Shown here: piece by piece, positions 20,487 to 28,694 of the stretch | Layout: every line of letters begins with the position of its first letter | How positions within the stretch are numbered: the first letter of the stretch is position 1 | Source: Dehalococcoidia bacterium | Lineage (GTDB): Bacteria > Chloroflexota > Dehalococcoidia > Lucifugimonadales > QGNO01 | Direction of reading: 5' to 3' | Assembly: GCA_965197965.1 (NCBI GenBank) | Contig: OZ240235.1 | Span: 996,666-1,060,665 of the forward strand | Length of the DNA stretch: 64,000 nucleotides | The notes under the pieces: model-generated | What the model was told of the DNA's origin: nothing | Database searches by the model: none | The model's input: the letters and a program-made list of their open reading frames with translations, nothing else | Position numbers and translations under genes: made by a program

Positions 20487-21905
20487 CTACCCACGGTAGC
20501 GGAACCGGCCTTCCACTCTGTCACGGTTGAGCCTGCGGTTCAGATGCAGTCCTTCCAGTATGAACTCCGTACCGGATGCGACCAGCTCCGGGGAGCCGTC
20601 CGATTCCAACTTTTTCAACGCATCGCTGAGGCCGGCCAGGCTTCTCCCAGCCTTGGCATACTCCCTGGACGGAAGCTCGTTGCCCGTTTCTATGACCGCC
20701 CCCTCGTCGAATCTGAGGATAAGCGGCTCCAGGTCCCTGACGTTGAAGTAACGGCTGAACACGTTGAGCACGGCTTTCTTGATGAGGTCTTCTATGATGC
20801 GAGGCTCCCTCCCCTCCTCCACGGTCTCCAGCTCTATCTTGCCGCTGGAAGAGGGAAGGATGAAGCTGAGGTCGCTGATGCGGGGAGCAGATGACTTTTC
20901 GCCGTTCAGGAAGGCGCGCCGCGCCGAGTTGCTCATCGCCGTCTCAAAGTTGGCTATGGAGACGCGTACGCTGACCCCGGAGCGCTGGTTGATGTCCGGG
21001 CTGCGCCTGGCCAGAGCGGTGATCTCCGCGATGATCTCCTTCATGTACTGCGGAACGGTGACCATCTCCTCTATCTCTCCGAGGTTTGCCCGCTCCTGCT
21101 CCACTATGTCTATCTCCTCTTCGATGGCTCGCGGATAGTGGGTACGGATGTGCGAGCCGTACCGGTCTTTGAGAGGCGTAATGATGCGGCCGCGGTTGGT
21201 GTAGTCCTCCGGATTGGCGGTGGCCACAATGTAAACGTCCAGCGGCAGCCGGATGCGATAGCCCTTGATCTGTATGTCCCGCTCCTCCATGAGGTTAAAC
21301 AGGCCAACCTGTATGCGCTCCGCCAGATCGGGGAGTTCGTTTATGGAGAATATCCCCCTGTTGGTGCGGGGAATAAGTCCGTAGTGAATGGTAAGCTCGT
21401 CTGACAGATAGCGGCCCTCGGCCACGCGGATGGGGTCCGCTTCACCGATGAGGTCTGCCATGGAGATGTCCGGCGTGGCCAGCTTTTCTCCGTAGCGGTC
21501 GTCCCTGTGCAGCCAGGCTATCTCGACTTCGTCTCCCATTTCGTGGCACTTGTCGCGGCAGGCGCGGCACACGGGGGCAAACGGGTTGTCGTTGATTTCG
21601 CATCCCGCTATGGCCGGTATCTCGTCGTCCAGCAGAGTCGTCAGGGAGCGGATAATGCGCGACTTGGCCTGGCCGCGCTCTCCCAGCAGGACAATGTCCT
21701 GCCCGGCCAGTATGGCGTTCTGGATCTGAGGCACCACGGTGTCCTGGAAGCCCACTATCTTGGGGAAGAGGGTCTCTTTGTTGCGCAGCCTCTTCACCAG
21801 GTTGCGCCTCAGCTCTTCTCTGATTGGCAAGACCTGGTATCCACTCTTGCGGAGGTCCCGGATGGTCCTTGGTTTCTTCTTGACTGTAATCAGACCCTCC
21901 AACAC
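20487..21905 (-). CDS. AAA+ ATPase of the Mg-chelatase subunit I (ChlI/BchI)-like family
   Basis: FPKIVGFQDTV...IVLLGERGQAKSR (Walker A-like), a Cys cluster (CRACRDKC), a Walker B-like IFSINELPDL, and an arginine-finger region. Confidence 0.65.
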   Translation of the reverse strand: MLEGLITVKKKPRTIRDLRKSGYQVLPIREELRRNLVKRLRNKETLFPKIVGFQDTVVPQIQNAILAGQDIVLLGERGQAKSRIIRSLTTLLDDEIPAIAGCEINDNPFAPVCRACRDKCHEMGDEVEIAWLHRDDRYGEKLATPDISMADLIGEADPIRVAEGRYLSDELTIHYGLIPRTNRGIFSINELPDLAERIQVGLFNLMEERDIQIKGYRIRLPLDVYIVATANPEDYTNRGRIITPLKDRYGSHIRTHYPRAIEEEIDIVEQERANLGEIEEMVTVPQYMKEIIAEITALARRSPDINQRSGVSVRVSIANFETAMSNSARRAFLNGEKSSAPRISDLSFILPSSSGKIELETVEEGREPRIIEDLIKKAVLNVFSRYFNVRDLEPLILRFDEGAVIETGNELPSREYAKAGRSLAGLSDALKKLESDGSPELVASGTEFILEGLHLNRRLNRDRVEGRFRYRG

Positions 21906-21954
21906 TGCCTTGCGGCAACAATGAACTGATGGGCACTACGGGAAGCTGGATTGC

Positions 21955-22393
21955 TTGATCCACATCATACTACTGCTGCCGCCACTGGCGAAAGCAGACT
22001 TGGCCTCTTGCAAAGTGGATGTGGTTGGGCGGCTCTCCGCCCGCGTTCAGGGAAGGCCCCACGCCACCACCGGATTGCTTTGCGGAGTTTATGCTGAGCG
22101 CAGACACCCGCACCGTAGGGGGCAACCCTCGTGGTTGCCCTAGCCTGCCCTACTGCCCGCCTGCCCCACCTCTACACCAGCGCGACAATGTCATTCTGAA
22201 CGGAGCGCAGCGGAGTGAAGAATCCAAAGCCTACCGCTTGCAAAACACACCCGTCATTCCCCCATCTCACCCGCCTTACTCCCGCCTTGCCCGTCTGCCC
22301 GTATATCCTTTCGCCCGCTTGCCCGTCTGCCCGTATGCCCCCCGTCATCCTCTCCTTGACACTGGCATAGTGCTTCACTATCGTGGCTCCACC
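21955..22393. repeat. Cluster of REP-like elements in a 440-bp intergenic region
   Basis: Contains a GGCAACC-N5-GGTTGCC hairpin (22121-22139), gtcattctgaacggagcgcagcggagtgaagaatcc, a 19-bp direct repeat cttgcccgtctgcccgtat (22286-22304 and 22318-22336), and a family-3-like ccgtcatcctctccttgacactgg (22342-22365). Confidence 0.6.
22356..22384 (+). promoter_or_regulatory. Sigma70-type promoter candidate for the methyltransferase-HNH gene (near-leaderless)
   Basis: TTGACA (22356-22361), a 17-nt spacer, then TATCGT (22379-22384). The ATG at 22394 is only 10 nt from the -10 box. Confidence 0.4.
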
Positions 22394-23761
22394 ATGGCAC
22401 AGCCCAATTTCAAGAACCGCACTCTCTGGACCGGCGACAACCTTGATATCATGCGCGGTCTCAACTCCGAGTCCGTAGACCTCATCTACCTTGACCCGCC
22501 CTTCAACTCCAACCGCGACTACTCCGCACCCATAGGCTCCGAGGCGGCGGGAGCAGCCTTCAAGGACACCTGGGCGCTCAACGACGTTGATCTCGCCTGG
22601 CACGGGCTGATAGCCGAGGAGAACCCGGGGCTGTACGCCATCATAGACGCCGCGGGCGTTGCTCATGGTAAGGGCATGAAGTCCTACCTGATAATGATGG
22701 CTGTCCGCCTGCTGGAGATGCATCGTATCTTGAAGCCCACAGGCAGCATCTACCTGCACTGCGACCCCACGGCCAGCCACTATCTGAAGCTGCTCATGGA
22801 CGCCGTGTTTGGACAAGGAAACTTCCGCAGCGAGATCACCTGGAAGCGCACCAGCGCCAAAGGCTTGGCCTTCAGAGGTTATCCCAACAACTCCGACCTT
22901 CTGCTGTACTACAGCAAGTCCGACCAGTTCACCTGGAACCGCCCGTACAGACCGCACGACCAGTCCTACGTGGACAAGTTCTACAGACACATTGAGCCGG
23001 AGACCGGCAGACGCTACAGGCTTGATAATCTGGCAAATCCAAACCATGATCGCCCCAACCTGACATACGAGTTTCTCGGCGTAACTAGGGTTTGGCGCTG
23101 GACAATGGAGCGTATGCAGGCGGCCTACGAACAGGGCCTCGTGGTACAGCAGCGTCCGGGAGCGGTTCCTGCGTTCAAGAGATACCTGGACGAGATGCAA
23201 GGCAATCCCATCGACACCATCTGGGACGACATTAAACCCGTTCAGGCGCGCTCGGTGGAGCGCGTGGGCTATCCCACCCAGAAGCCTCTTGCGCTACTCG
23301 AGCGCATCATCAAAGCGTCCAGCAATGAGGGTGACGTGGTGTTGGACCCTTTCTGCGGCTGCGCCACCGCCTTGATAGCCGCCGAGAAGTTGGAGCGTCA
23401 GTGGATAGGAATAGACCTGTCGCCGGTGGCCAGGACGCTGGTGCAGCGTCGCATGGCAAAGGAGCTTGGCTTTGACAGCCTTGGCGTCATCTACCGCGAC
23501 GATACGCCCAAGCGCACCGACATGGGCCCGCTGCCGCCGTACCAGACCCACAAGCACACCCTGTACGGGATTCAGGAGGGCGTATGCGCCGGCTGCGAAA
23601 TCCTGTTCCCCTACAAGAACTTCACCGTTGACCACGTCGTGCCCAAGGCCAGGGGCGGCACCGACCACATAGAGAACCTTCAACTGCTATGCGGCCACTG
23701 CAACTCGGTGAAGGGCACAAAGACCCAAGAGGAGTTCCTAGCGGCGCTACGCAGCAGGTAG
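22394..23761 (+). CDS. Beta-class amino-DNA methyltransferase (N6-A or N4-C) fused to a C-terminal HNH endonuclease domain
   Basis: Motif IV (LIYLDPPFNSN) precedes motif I (VVLDPFCGCATALIAAEKL). The C-terminus is CAGC...DHVVPKARGGTDHIENLQLLCGHCNSVKG (HNH with two CxxC). The ORF-track extension back to 22019 is translated REP sequence. Confidence 0.85.
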   Translation: MAQPNFKNRTLWTGDNLDIMRGLNSESVDLIYLDPPFNSNRDYSAPIGSEAAGAAFKDTWALNDVDLAWHGLIAEENPGLYAIIDAAGVAHGKGMKSYLIMMAVRLLEMHRILKPTGSIYLHCDPTASHYLKLLMDAVFGQGNFRSEITWKRTSAKGLAFRGYPNNSDLLLYYSKSDQFTWNRPYRPHDQSYVDKFYRHIEPETGRRYRLDNLANPNHDRPNLTYEFLGVTRVWRWTMERMQAAYEQGLVVQQRPGAVPAFKRYLDEMQGNPIDTIWDDIKPVQARSVERVGYPTQKPLALLERIIKASSNEGDVVLDPFCGCATALIAAEKLERQWIGIDLSPVARTLVQRRMAKELGFDSLGVIYRDDTPKRTDMGPLPPYQTHKHTLYGIQEGVCAGCEILFPYKNFTVDHVVPKARGGTDHIENLQLLCGHCNSVKGTKTQEEFLAALRSR

Positions 23762-23788
23762 GGGGAGAGGTAGGGCAGGCTAGTTGCC

Positions 23789-24793
23789 ATGCGCCAGAAA
23801 AGACAGAGGACATATGTTCATACGCCACTCTCCTACCTGATTCATGAGTTGCTTGACAAGGATACTACCATTACAGACAATGAACTGGAAATGGCAGAGA
23901 TTATCGAGCGTTTGAAAGATTACCTATCAGAACCGCGACATCGGATACGCATGTCTGATCTGATTGATGAGGTTATTGACGAAGTAGTAACCACAATTTC
24001 CGGTGAAGCCTTTGATGTGAACAATCCCCAACCGAATACTGAAACGATCACAGCAAGGGTCAATAGCTATCAAGAGGCATGTTCAACGTTACTTCCTATG
24101 GCAGTAATCGGAGGAACTTGGGCGGAAGAGCATCACTTTGAAATCTGGCAACAAGCCTTAGAACGCCTAGCTACTGTCCACCATGATTCTGGTTTGACGA
24201 TATGGCTTGGGTTACAGTACTACCCAGCAACCCTAACACTCTATGCTCTAGGCTTGGGAGCACTCTCAGCTAATAAGCTAGAATTTCTTGGTCGTGTGTT
24301 TTCAACTGAGTTCCCTCTTCCTCGACCGCACCGTGAGACCAAAGTTCTTATACAAACACTTCCGCCTTTCATCATGTTTGGTGAGGGTTTCAACTCACAG
24401 GGGGCGATGCGTTTGTTAGAGGGCATGGAAGGAAAACACACCCCACTCAACGACTGGGTGCACCAGTTATTACGACCGCATTTACCCAGGATTAGTGACG
24501 AAAAATATGCCCTAACGTTTGACAAATTGGAAGTCTTAATAGCACTCAGTTATGCGTACCACCAGGATCCACGATATTTTTATTGGGCACCGTTGGGTTC
24601 ATACATATATCGCACTCCGATTAGAGAGAACATCATAGGTGACATGGAGAAATCTATCTCAACCCTGGAAGAAGAATCTCCTTACGTAAAGAGCGGCATC
24701 TTTGGCAAGACTTCCGAGGAATGTACGAGTTCGATTGAGCAGTTCAAAACGTTTGTGGATGAAGCTGCTCGTTCCATGAGAATTTTCTGGTAG
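23789..24793 (+). CDS. Hypothetical protein, no recognisable domain (334 aa)
   Basis: Long uninterrupted ORF starting 27 nt after the MTase-HNH stop, on the same strand. It is AT-richer (43% GC on line 23821-23880). Confidence 0.6.
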   Translation: MRQKRQRTYVHTPLSYLIHELLDKDTTITDNELEMAEIIERLKDYLSEPRHRIRMSDLIDEVIDEVVTTISGEAFDVNNPQPNTETITARVNSYQEACSTLLPMAVIGGTWAEEHHFEIWQQALERLATVHHDSGLTIWLGLQYYPATLTLYALGLGALSANKLEFLGRVFSTEFPLPRPHRETKVLIQTLPPFIMFGEGFNSQGAMRLLEGMEGKHTPLNDWVHQLLRPHLPRISDEKYALTFDKLEVLIALSYAYHQDPRYFYWAPLGSYIYRTPIRENIIGDMEKSISTLEEESPYVKSGIFGKTSEECTSSIEQFKTFVDEAARSMRIFW

Positions 24794-24815
24794 TAAAATG
24801 ACTACGGAGGGTGCA

Positions 24816-25163
24816 ATGAATCCTGCACGGCAAAATATCAAAATTACACTTACTCATATTGTCCAAGACAGAGGTGATTATTGGGCGGTCTTATTGGAAG
24901 AACTGGGTATGACAGCTTATGGTCGTGACAGAGATTCAGCTATCGCTAAGGCTGAGGAAATCGTAGACGATCTTTTTGAGTCGTTTGAAAGTGAGCCTGA
25001 TCCGTTTGCCGCATGCAAGGAGTTTATGGATGCTCATGGTGTGGATTATTCACTGCCTCAGCCAGAATTGCCTATCTTTCCCCATTCCTCCATTCAACCT
25101 ATAAACTCGGTACGTACAAGTCGAACATTGGAGAAACAAATCCAGCATGCGACAACCAATTAG
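24816..25163 (+). CDS. HicB-fold-like (UPF0150-like) small protein
   Basis: ATG at 24816, 4 nt after GGAGGG. IKITLTHIVQDRGDYWAVLLEELGMTAYGRDRDSAIAKAEEIV resembles the HicB N-terminal pattern (G-Y-A..P.L.G....G.T..EA...A.EAI). Confidence 0.4.
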   Translation: MNPARQNIKITLTHIVQDRGDYWAVLLEELGMTAYGRDRDSAIAKAEEIVDDLFESFESEPDPFAACKEFMDAHGVDYSLPQPELPIFPHSSIQPINSVRTSRTLEKQIQHATTN

Positions 25164-25380
25164 TCGTGAGAGCGTTAGAAGAGCCTTCAACGACTACGAA
25201 CGCCAAAGTCGCCTTGATCGTGATATATTCAAGAGGCAAGGTCACCCACCTATAAGAATCATAGTCCAATACCTCGATGAACAAGCAGAGTTTGGCGACA
25301 TCGAGCAACAACTTCGCAAGAGACGCTTCTCCAAAGAAGATATGGAGAGGATAACTACCGACCTACTGACAAACCCTTAG
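25147..25380 (+). CDS. Hypothetical 77-aa basic protein
   Basis: ORF overlapping the previous gene by 17 nt and followed 29 nt later by a terminator. No motif recognised, and it is not HicA-like. Confidence 0.35.
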   Translation: MRQPISRESVRRAFNDYERQSRLDRDIFKRQGHPPIRIIVQYLDEQAEFGDIEQQLRKRRFSKEDMERITTDLLTNP

Positions 25381-25408
25381 TGTGTGCTATTGGTTCAGTC
25401 TAGTTGAC

Positions 25409-25438
25409 AGGGCGGTTCGCGAACCGCCCTTCTTATTT
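25409..25438 (+). terminator. Rho-independent terminator closing the MTase-HNH operon
   Basis: GC-rich stem gggcggttc/gaaccgccc (25410-25429) with a 2-nt loop, followed by tcttattt. Confidence 0.7.
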
Positions 25439-25577
25439 AGCTGTGCACGGTTTGCTAGTATCAAAAAACGTCCCAGTTCATGAAGCCATGCTCCTGCGCG
25501 GTGGGACAAGGTGCTAACCCCACGCCCCTGACACTTCCCCCTTCCCCACACCCCTACGCGCCCGCTACCCTTAACCC

Positions 25578-25874
25578 ATGGCCTCACGGAAAAGCGCCCA
25601 ACAACCCCTAAGGCGTCGGCGTGGCGCGCCCCTTGGCAACCAAAACGCCCGCACCCACGGCTTCTACTCATCTCTCTTTACAGAGAAAGAGCAGGACTCC
25701 TTTCAGCACGCCGTACGTCTCAACGGCCTGCAAGGTGAGATAGCATTGCTCCGGCTCAGGATCCGCCGCATTGCCTCCTACCCCAATGCTTCCCCCGACC
25801 TGCTTTTCCGGGCCATCAACGTCCTTGTTCGCACCATGGAAGTCAACGAGGTTATCAATGGCCGGCTCCGCTAG
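25578..25874 (+). CDS. Hypothetical small basic protein with GNQNARTHGFYS motif
   Basis: 98-aa ORF. The N-terminal RRRRGAPLGNQNARTHGFYS recalls the GN(Q/K)NA.KHG motif seen in small phage/mobile-element proteins (from memory, not verified). Confidence 0.35.
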   Translation: MASRKSAQQPLRRRRGAPLGNQNARTHGFYSSLFTEKEQDSFQHAVRLNGLQGEIALLRLRIRRIASYPNASPDLLFRAINVLVRTMEVNEVINGRLR

Positions 25875-25908
25875 ACACATTACAAAAAGCGCGTCACCTC
25901 GACGGACG

Positions 25909-26020
25909 CCTGTCCTGAGCTTGAAGTTTGCCCTGAGCCTGCCGTTTACCCTGAGCAAAGTCGAAGAGCCTGTCCTGAGCTCGTCGAAGGAGCCTGTCCT
26001 GAGCTTTGCCGAAGGGAAGG
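25909..26020. repeat. Tandem REP-like array, family 2 (cctgtcctgagc core)
   Basis: cctgtcctgagc / gccctgagc / accctgagc units recur about 6 times in 110 bp and translate to PVLSLS/LSKVEE-type junk ORFs. Confidence 0.7.
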
Positions 26021-26226
26021 GATTCGGAATTGTTTTCCCATATTTTCAAAGTTTTGGCCCGTTTTTAGCCTTGGAGGTTGACATAACGTTGGAAACAATT
26101 CCCCTTCTCAGGCACAACACCGCCGCACCGTCAAACGCCATCTCACGCCTAACAACCGTTTTTACGACATACAAAAAACGACTTATGTCAAGTGCTCAAC
26201 CACCCGGACTGCCCCCTTGCCCGGTG

Positions 26227-27390
26227 CTACGTTGCAGCCGGGGTAGAGCGGCGAAGCGGCTGTCCGCTTCGATATGTAGCGACTCGCCAGAGCCACTCCG
26301 CGGGTCCAAAGAGGAAGCGACTCAGCCACGCCTGCGACCACCACACCTGCAGCGCCCACACTGCGAACACAAACACTAAGACGGCACTCCGGTTCACATA
26401 GCCGACGTCGCCCAGCAAGGTTGTCAAGACAAGCACACCCAGCACCGTCTGCGCCAGGTAGTTGGTCAGCGCCATCCTCCCGACTGCGCGCAGACGGTGC
26501 TTGAGCCAGTTGTCGGCGCGGCTGTTCCAGAGGATGATGAGACTCATGTATCCCAGCGATGCGGGAATGGTGCCAATCGTGTTGGGAATCTGGCCAAAAA
26601 AGGCGACCTCGCGAGAGTAATCGTTCAGTGCGGTAATGATGACCCCGGCGGCGGCAAGGGGCAAGCCAACGGCAAGCCCAACCATTGCGGTCAGTCGATA
26701 TGTCCTGGCAGGCAGGCCGCCGTTCATAAAGCCGGTGCGGTACAGACCGGCGCCAACGAGAATCAACCCCAGTGCCCGCAGGAAGAAGCCAAGCAGAACG
26801 ATGATCCCAATAACCTCTTCGTCCGCAACCTCGCCCGCGATCCAGATGCCGGAAAGCGACGTGGTGGTCGTATTGGCCAGGTGCTGCGTCAGCAGCGCGG
26901 AGGCAACGGATAGTTCGAATACGATAACTCCCAGGGAGATGAGCGCCCAACTCGGCAGCTTTCGCAAGGCGATGAGGAAGACCGATGATAGCGCATAGGC
27001 CGTCAGCACGTCGCCATCCCACAACGTGAAGTGGAGAATGCCGATTAGCAGCAGCAGCGCGTTTCGCCACAGGTTCAGCACGACTGCTCGCCGTCCTCTC
27101 CCGCTGGCACGGTCTATGAAGAGAATCATCCCAGCGCCAAACAGTAGGGAAAACAGCCCCATGAACTTCTGGTCGACGAAGATTTCGCCGAAGATGCCCA
27201 CTGCCCAGTCGAGCCATGTCTCCGAGCCGCCGGCGCTCAGGTTGGCGTAAGGCACGCTGCCGAACTTGAAGGAGACGGCGTTCATCAACAGTATGCCCAG
27301 CACGGCAACCCCGCGTATCAGGTCCAGGCTGGTTATGCGCGCGGACTCGCGAACGGGACCAGAATCAGCGGTTGGGGAGGGTGTTGTCAA
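26227..27390 (-). CDS. DUF418 (YeiB-like) polytopic membrane protein
   Basis: SLDLIRGVAVLGILLMN ... FSLLFGAGM ... a C-terminal GPAEWLWR motif, with about 9 TM segments. Confidence 0.8.
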   Translation of the reverse strand: MTTPSPTADSGPVRESARITSLDLIRGVAVLGILLMNAVSFKFGSVPYANLSAGGSETWLDWAVGIFGEIFVDQKFMGLFSLLFGAGMILFIDRASGRGRRAVVLNLWRNALLLLIGILHFTLWDGDVLTAYALSSVFLIALRKLPSWALISLGVIVFELSVASALLTQHLANTTTTSLSGIWIAGEVADEEVIGIIVLLGFFLRALGLILVGAGLYRTGFMNGGLPARTYRLTAMVGLAVGLPLAAAGVIITALNDYSREVAFFGQIPNTIGTIPASLGYMSLIILWNSRADNWLKHRLRAVGRMALTNYLAQTVLGVLVLTTLLGDVGYVNRSAVLVFVFAVWALQVWWSQAWLSRFLFGPAEWLWRVATYRSGQPLRRSTPAAT

Positions 27391-27467
27391 TAGGTTGACT
27401 CCCTGCGTCAGGCTGTACCGTACAATAATGTACCATAACCTAATCTATAGAATTGAGCGTTTCTCTA

Positions 27468-27788
27468 GTGAAGAAGAAGCAACAGTATTTAGGCACAAAC
27501 GTGCTTTTAATGTTGGTCATATCGCTGCTCTTTTTACTGAGCTGCGGAGAGAGGCTTTTCGAAGTGGAGGGCCTGGTTACCAGCGTGGAGGCGCGGTCCG
27601 TGGTGGAGGTGGAGCGGTTCACCATAGAGGACGAAGAGGGCAGAGTGTTCACCCTCACTACTGAGGGATTCATAGGCTTCACGACCTCGCATTTCAGAGA
27701 GCACATGATGCTGGCGGAGCCGGTAAGGGTACGCTACAAGAAGGATGGCGACACCCTGATAGCGGCATTTATAGAGGACGCGGCCTAG
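27468..27788 (+). CDS. Small lipoprotein, unknown function
   Basis: A GTG at 27468 gives VKKKQQYLGTNVLLMLVISLLFLLSCG (signal plus lipobox). The ORF opens at 27453 (TTG). Confidence 0.45.
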   Translation: MKKKQQYLGTNVLLMLVISLLFLLSCGERLFEVEGLVTSVEARSVVEVERFTIEDEEGRVFTLTTEGFIGFTTSHFREHMMLAEPVRVRYKKDGDTLIAAFIEDAA

Positions 27789-28693
27789 ATGACGCGTTGC
27801 AAGGCCTGCTCCAGTTCCTCGTAGGAAGCAAAGCCGTCGAATTTGGCGGAGACCCGTCTTTGAGCATCGATCACGAAGACCCACGGCTCGCTGGGCAGAC
27901 CCCACTCTTCGAACGTAGGCGAGATCACTCCCTTTGAAAGGTCGCTCCGCATCTCATGGGGGTTGGCAAAAACCTCCATGTGGATGAAGTTGGCCTGCTC
28001 CCGGTAACCCTCTTTCAACTCTTTGACCACATCCACCTGCGGGCCGCAGGTGGCCGAGGTGCAGAAGGCGGGAGTGGCAAAAGCAACGACTAGGGGTTTG
28101 CCAGCCTGCAGAGCTTCAGCAATAGTCATGGAGTAGAGTTCCGGGTCAGGCTCAACGTCTGAGGTAAGCTCCTCCAGGGAGGCCACACTGGAAGCGGTAC
28201 GGTTGAGGCTGGCCGGGGCCGGAGAACCCAGGGCGGGCGTGCTACTCTCCTCGGATACGCGCATAACCATACGCGCCAGCTGGCCTTCCGCGGCGCTGTC
28301 GGTGGGAGAGACCTGCGCCAGCCACAGGCCAGCTTGGTCGAAATCTATCTGCGCTGTGAACACCCCTCCCGGCCCGGCTGGCCAGGAGCGCCAGTCGGCC
28401 TCTACTTCCCCTTTTTGTACGATCCTTCCATCCTGCTCGTGGGCCAGAGCCAGCGTTGCCGAGCCTGCTCTCACCGGCGCGTTGTTGGAATCGATAAGCC
28501 CAAAAACCACGCGGTTGCTGCCAACCGATAGGTCGGAGGAGGCGAGGATGGCACGCAGGGAGAGGCTTACTACACTGGAGGTAGCGACTGGTGTTGGCGT
28601 GACCGATGCGGGAGAACAGCCGGCGAGAAGAAGCAGGCAAGGAGCGGCCAGCAGAACAAAACGGGATGAAAAGACAAGCGAAAGAAAGCGCAT
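27785..28693 (-). CDS. Thioredoxin-fold lipoprotein (redoxin/TlpA-like C-terminal domain)
   Basis: Signal plus lipobox (LLLAGCS). The C-terminal half has PLVVAFATPAFCTSATCGP, a Cys pair at the start of a thioredoxin-like fold. Confidence 0.55.
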   Translation of the reverse strand: MRFLSLVFSSRFVLLAAPCLLLLAGCSPASVTPTPVATSSVVSLSLRAILASSDLSVGSNRVVFGLIDSNNAPVRAGSATLALAHEQDGRIVQKGEVEADWRSWPAGPGGVFTAQIDFDQAGLWLAQVSPTDSAAEGQLARMVMRVSEESSTPALGSPAPASLNRTASSVASLEELTSDVEPDPELYSMTIAEALQAGKPLVVAFATPAFCTSATCGPQVDVVKELKEGYREQANFIHMEVFANPHEMRSDLSKGVISPTFEEWGLPSEPWVFVIDAQRRVSAKFDGFASYEELEQALQRVI

Positions 28694-28694
28694 G

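Noticed and set aside
22019-22393. 125-codon N-terminal extension of the methyltransferase ORF.
   Set aside because: It translates REP elements (VILNGAQRSEES, RLPVYPFARLPVCPY). A good promoter and ATG sit at 22356-22396, and the MTase homology starts right after that ATG.
25909-26020. Possible CRISPR array.
   Set aside because: The units are only 9-12 bp, are degenerate, and lack unique spacers of regular length. No cas genes are in the window.
25771-26379. 202-aa plus-strand ORF and the overlapping 25668-25958 minus ORF.
   Set aside because: They run through tandem REP units (PVLSLS, LSKVEE) and into the antisense of the DUF418 gene. They show no coding-like composition.
26183-27217. 344-aa minus-strand ORF overlapping the DUF418 gene in another frame.
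   Set aside because: The DUF418 frame has clear TM periodicity and family motifs. The alternative frame is Arg/Pro/Gly-rich noise.
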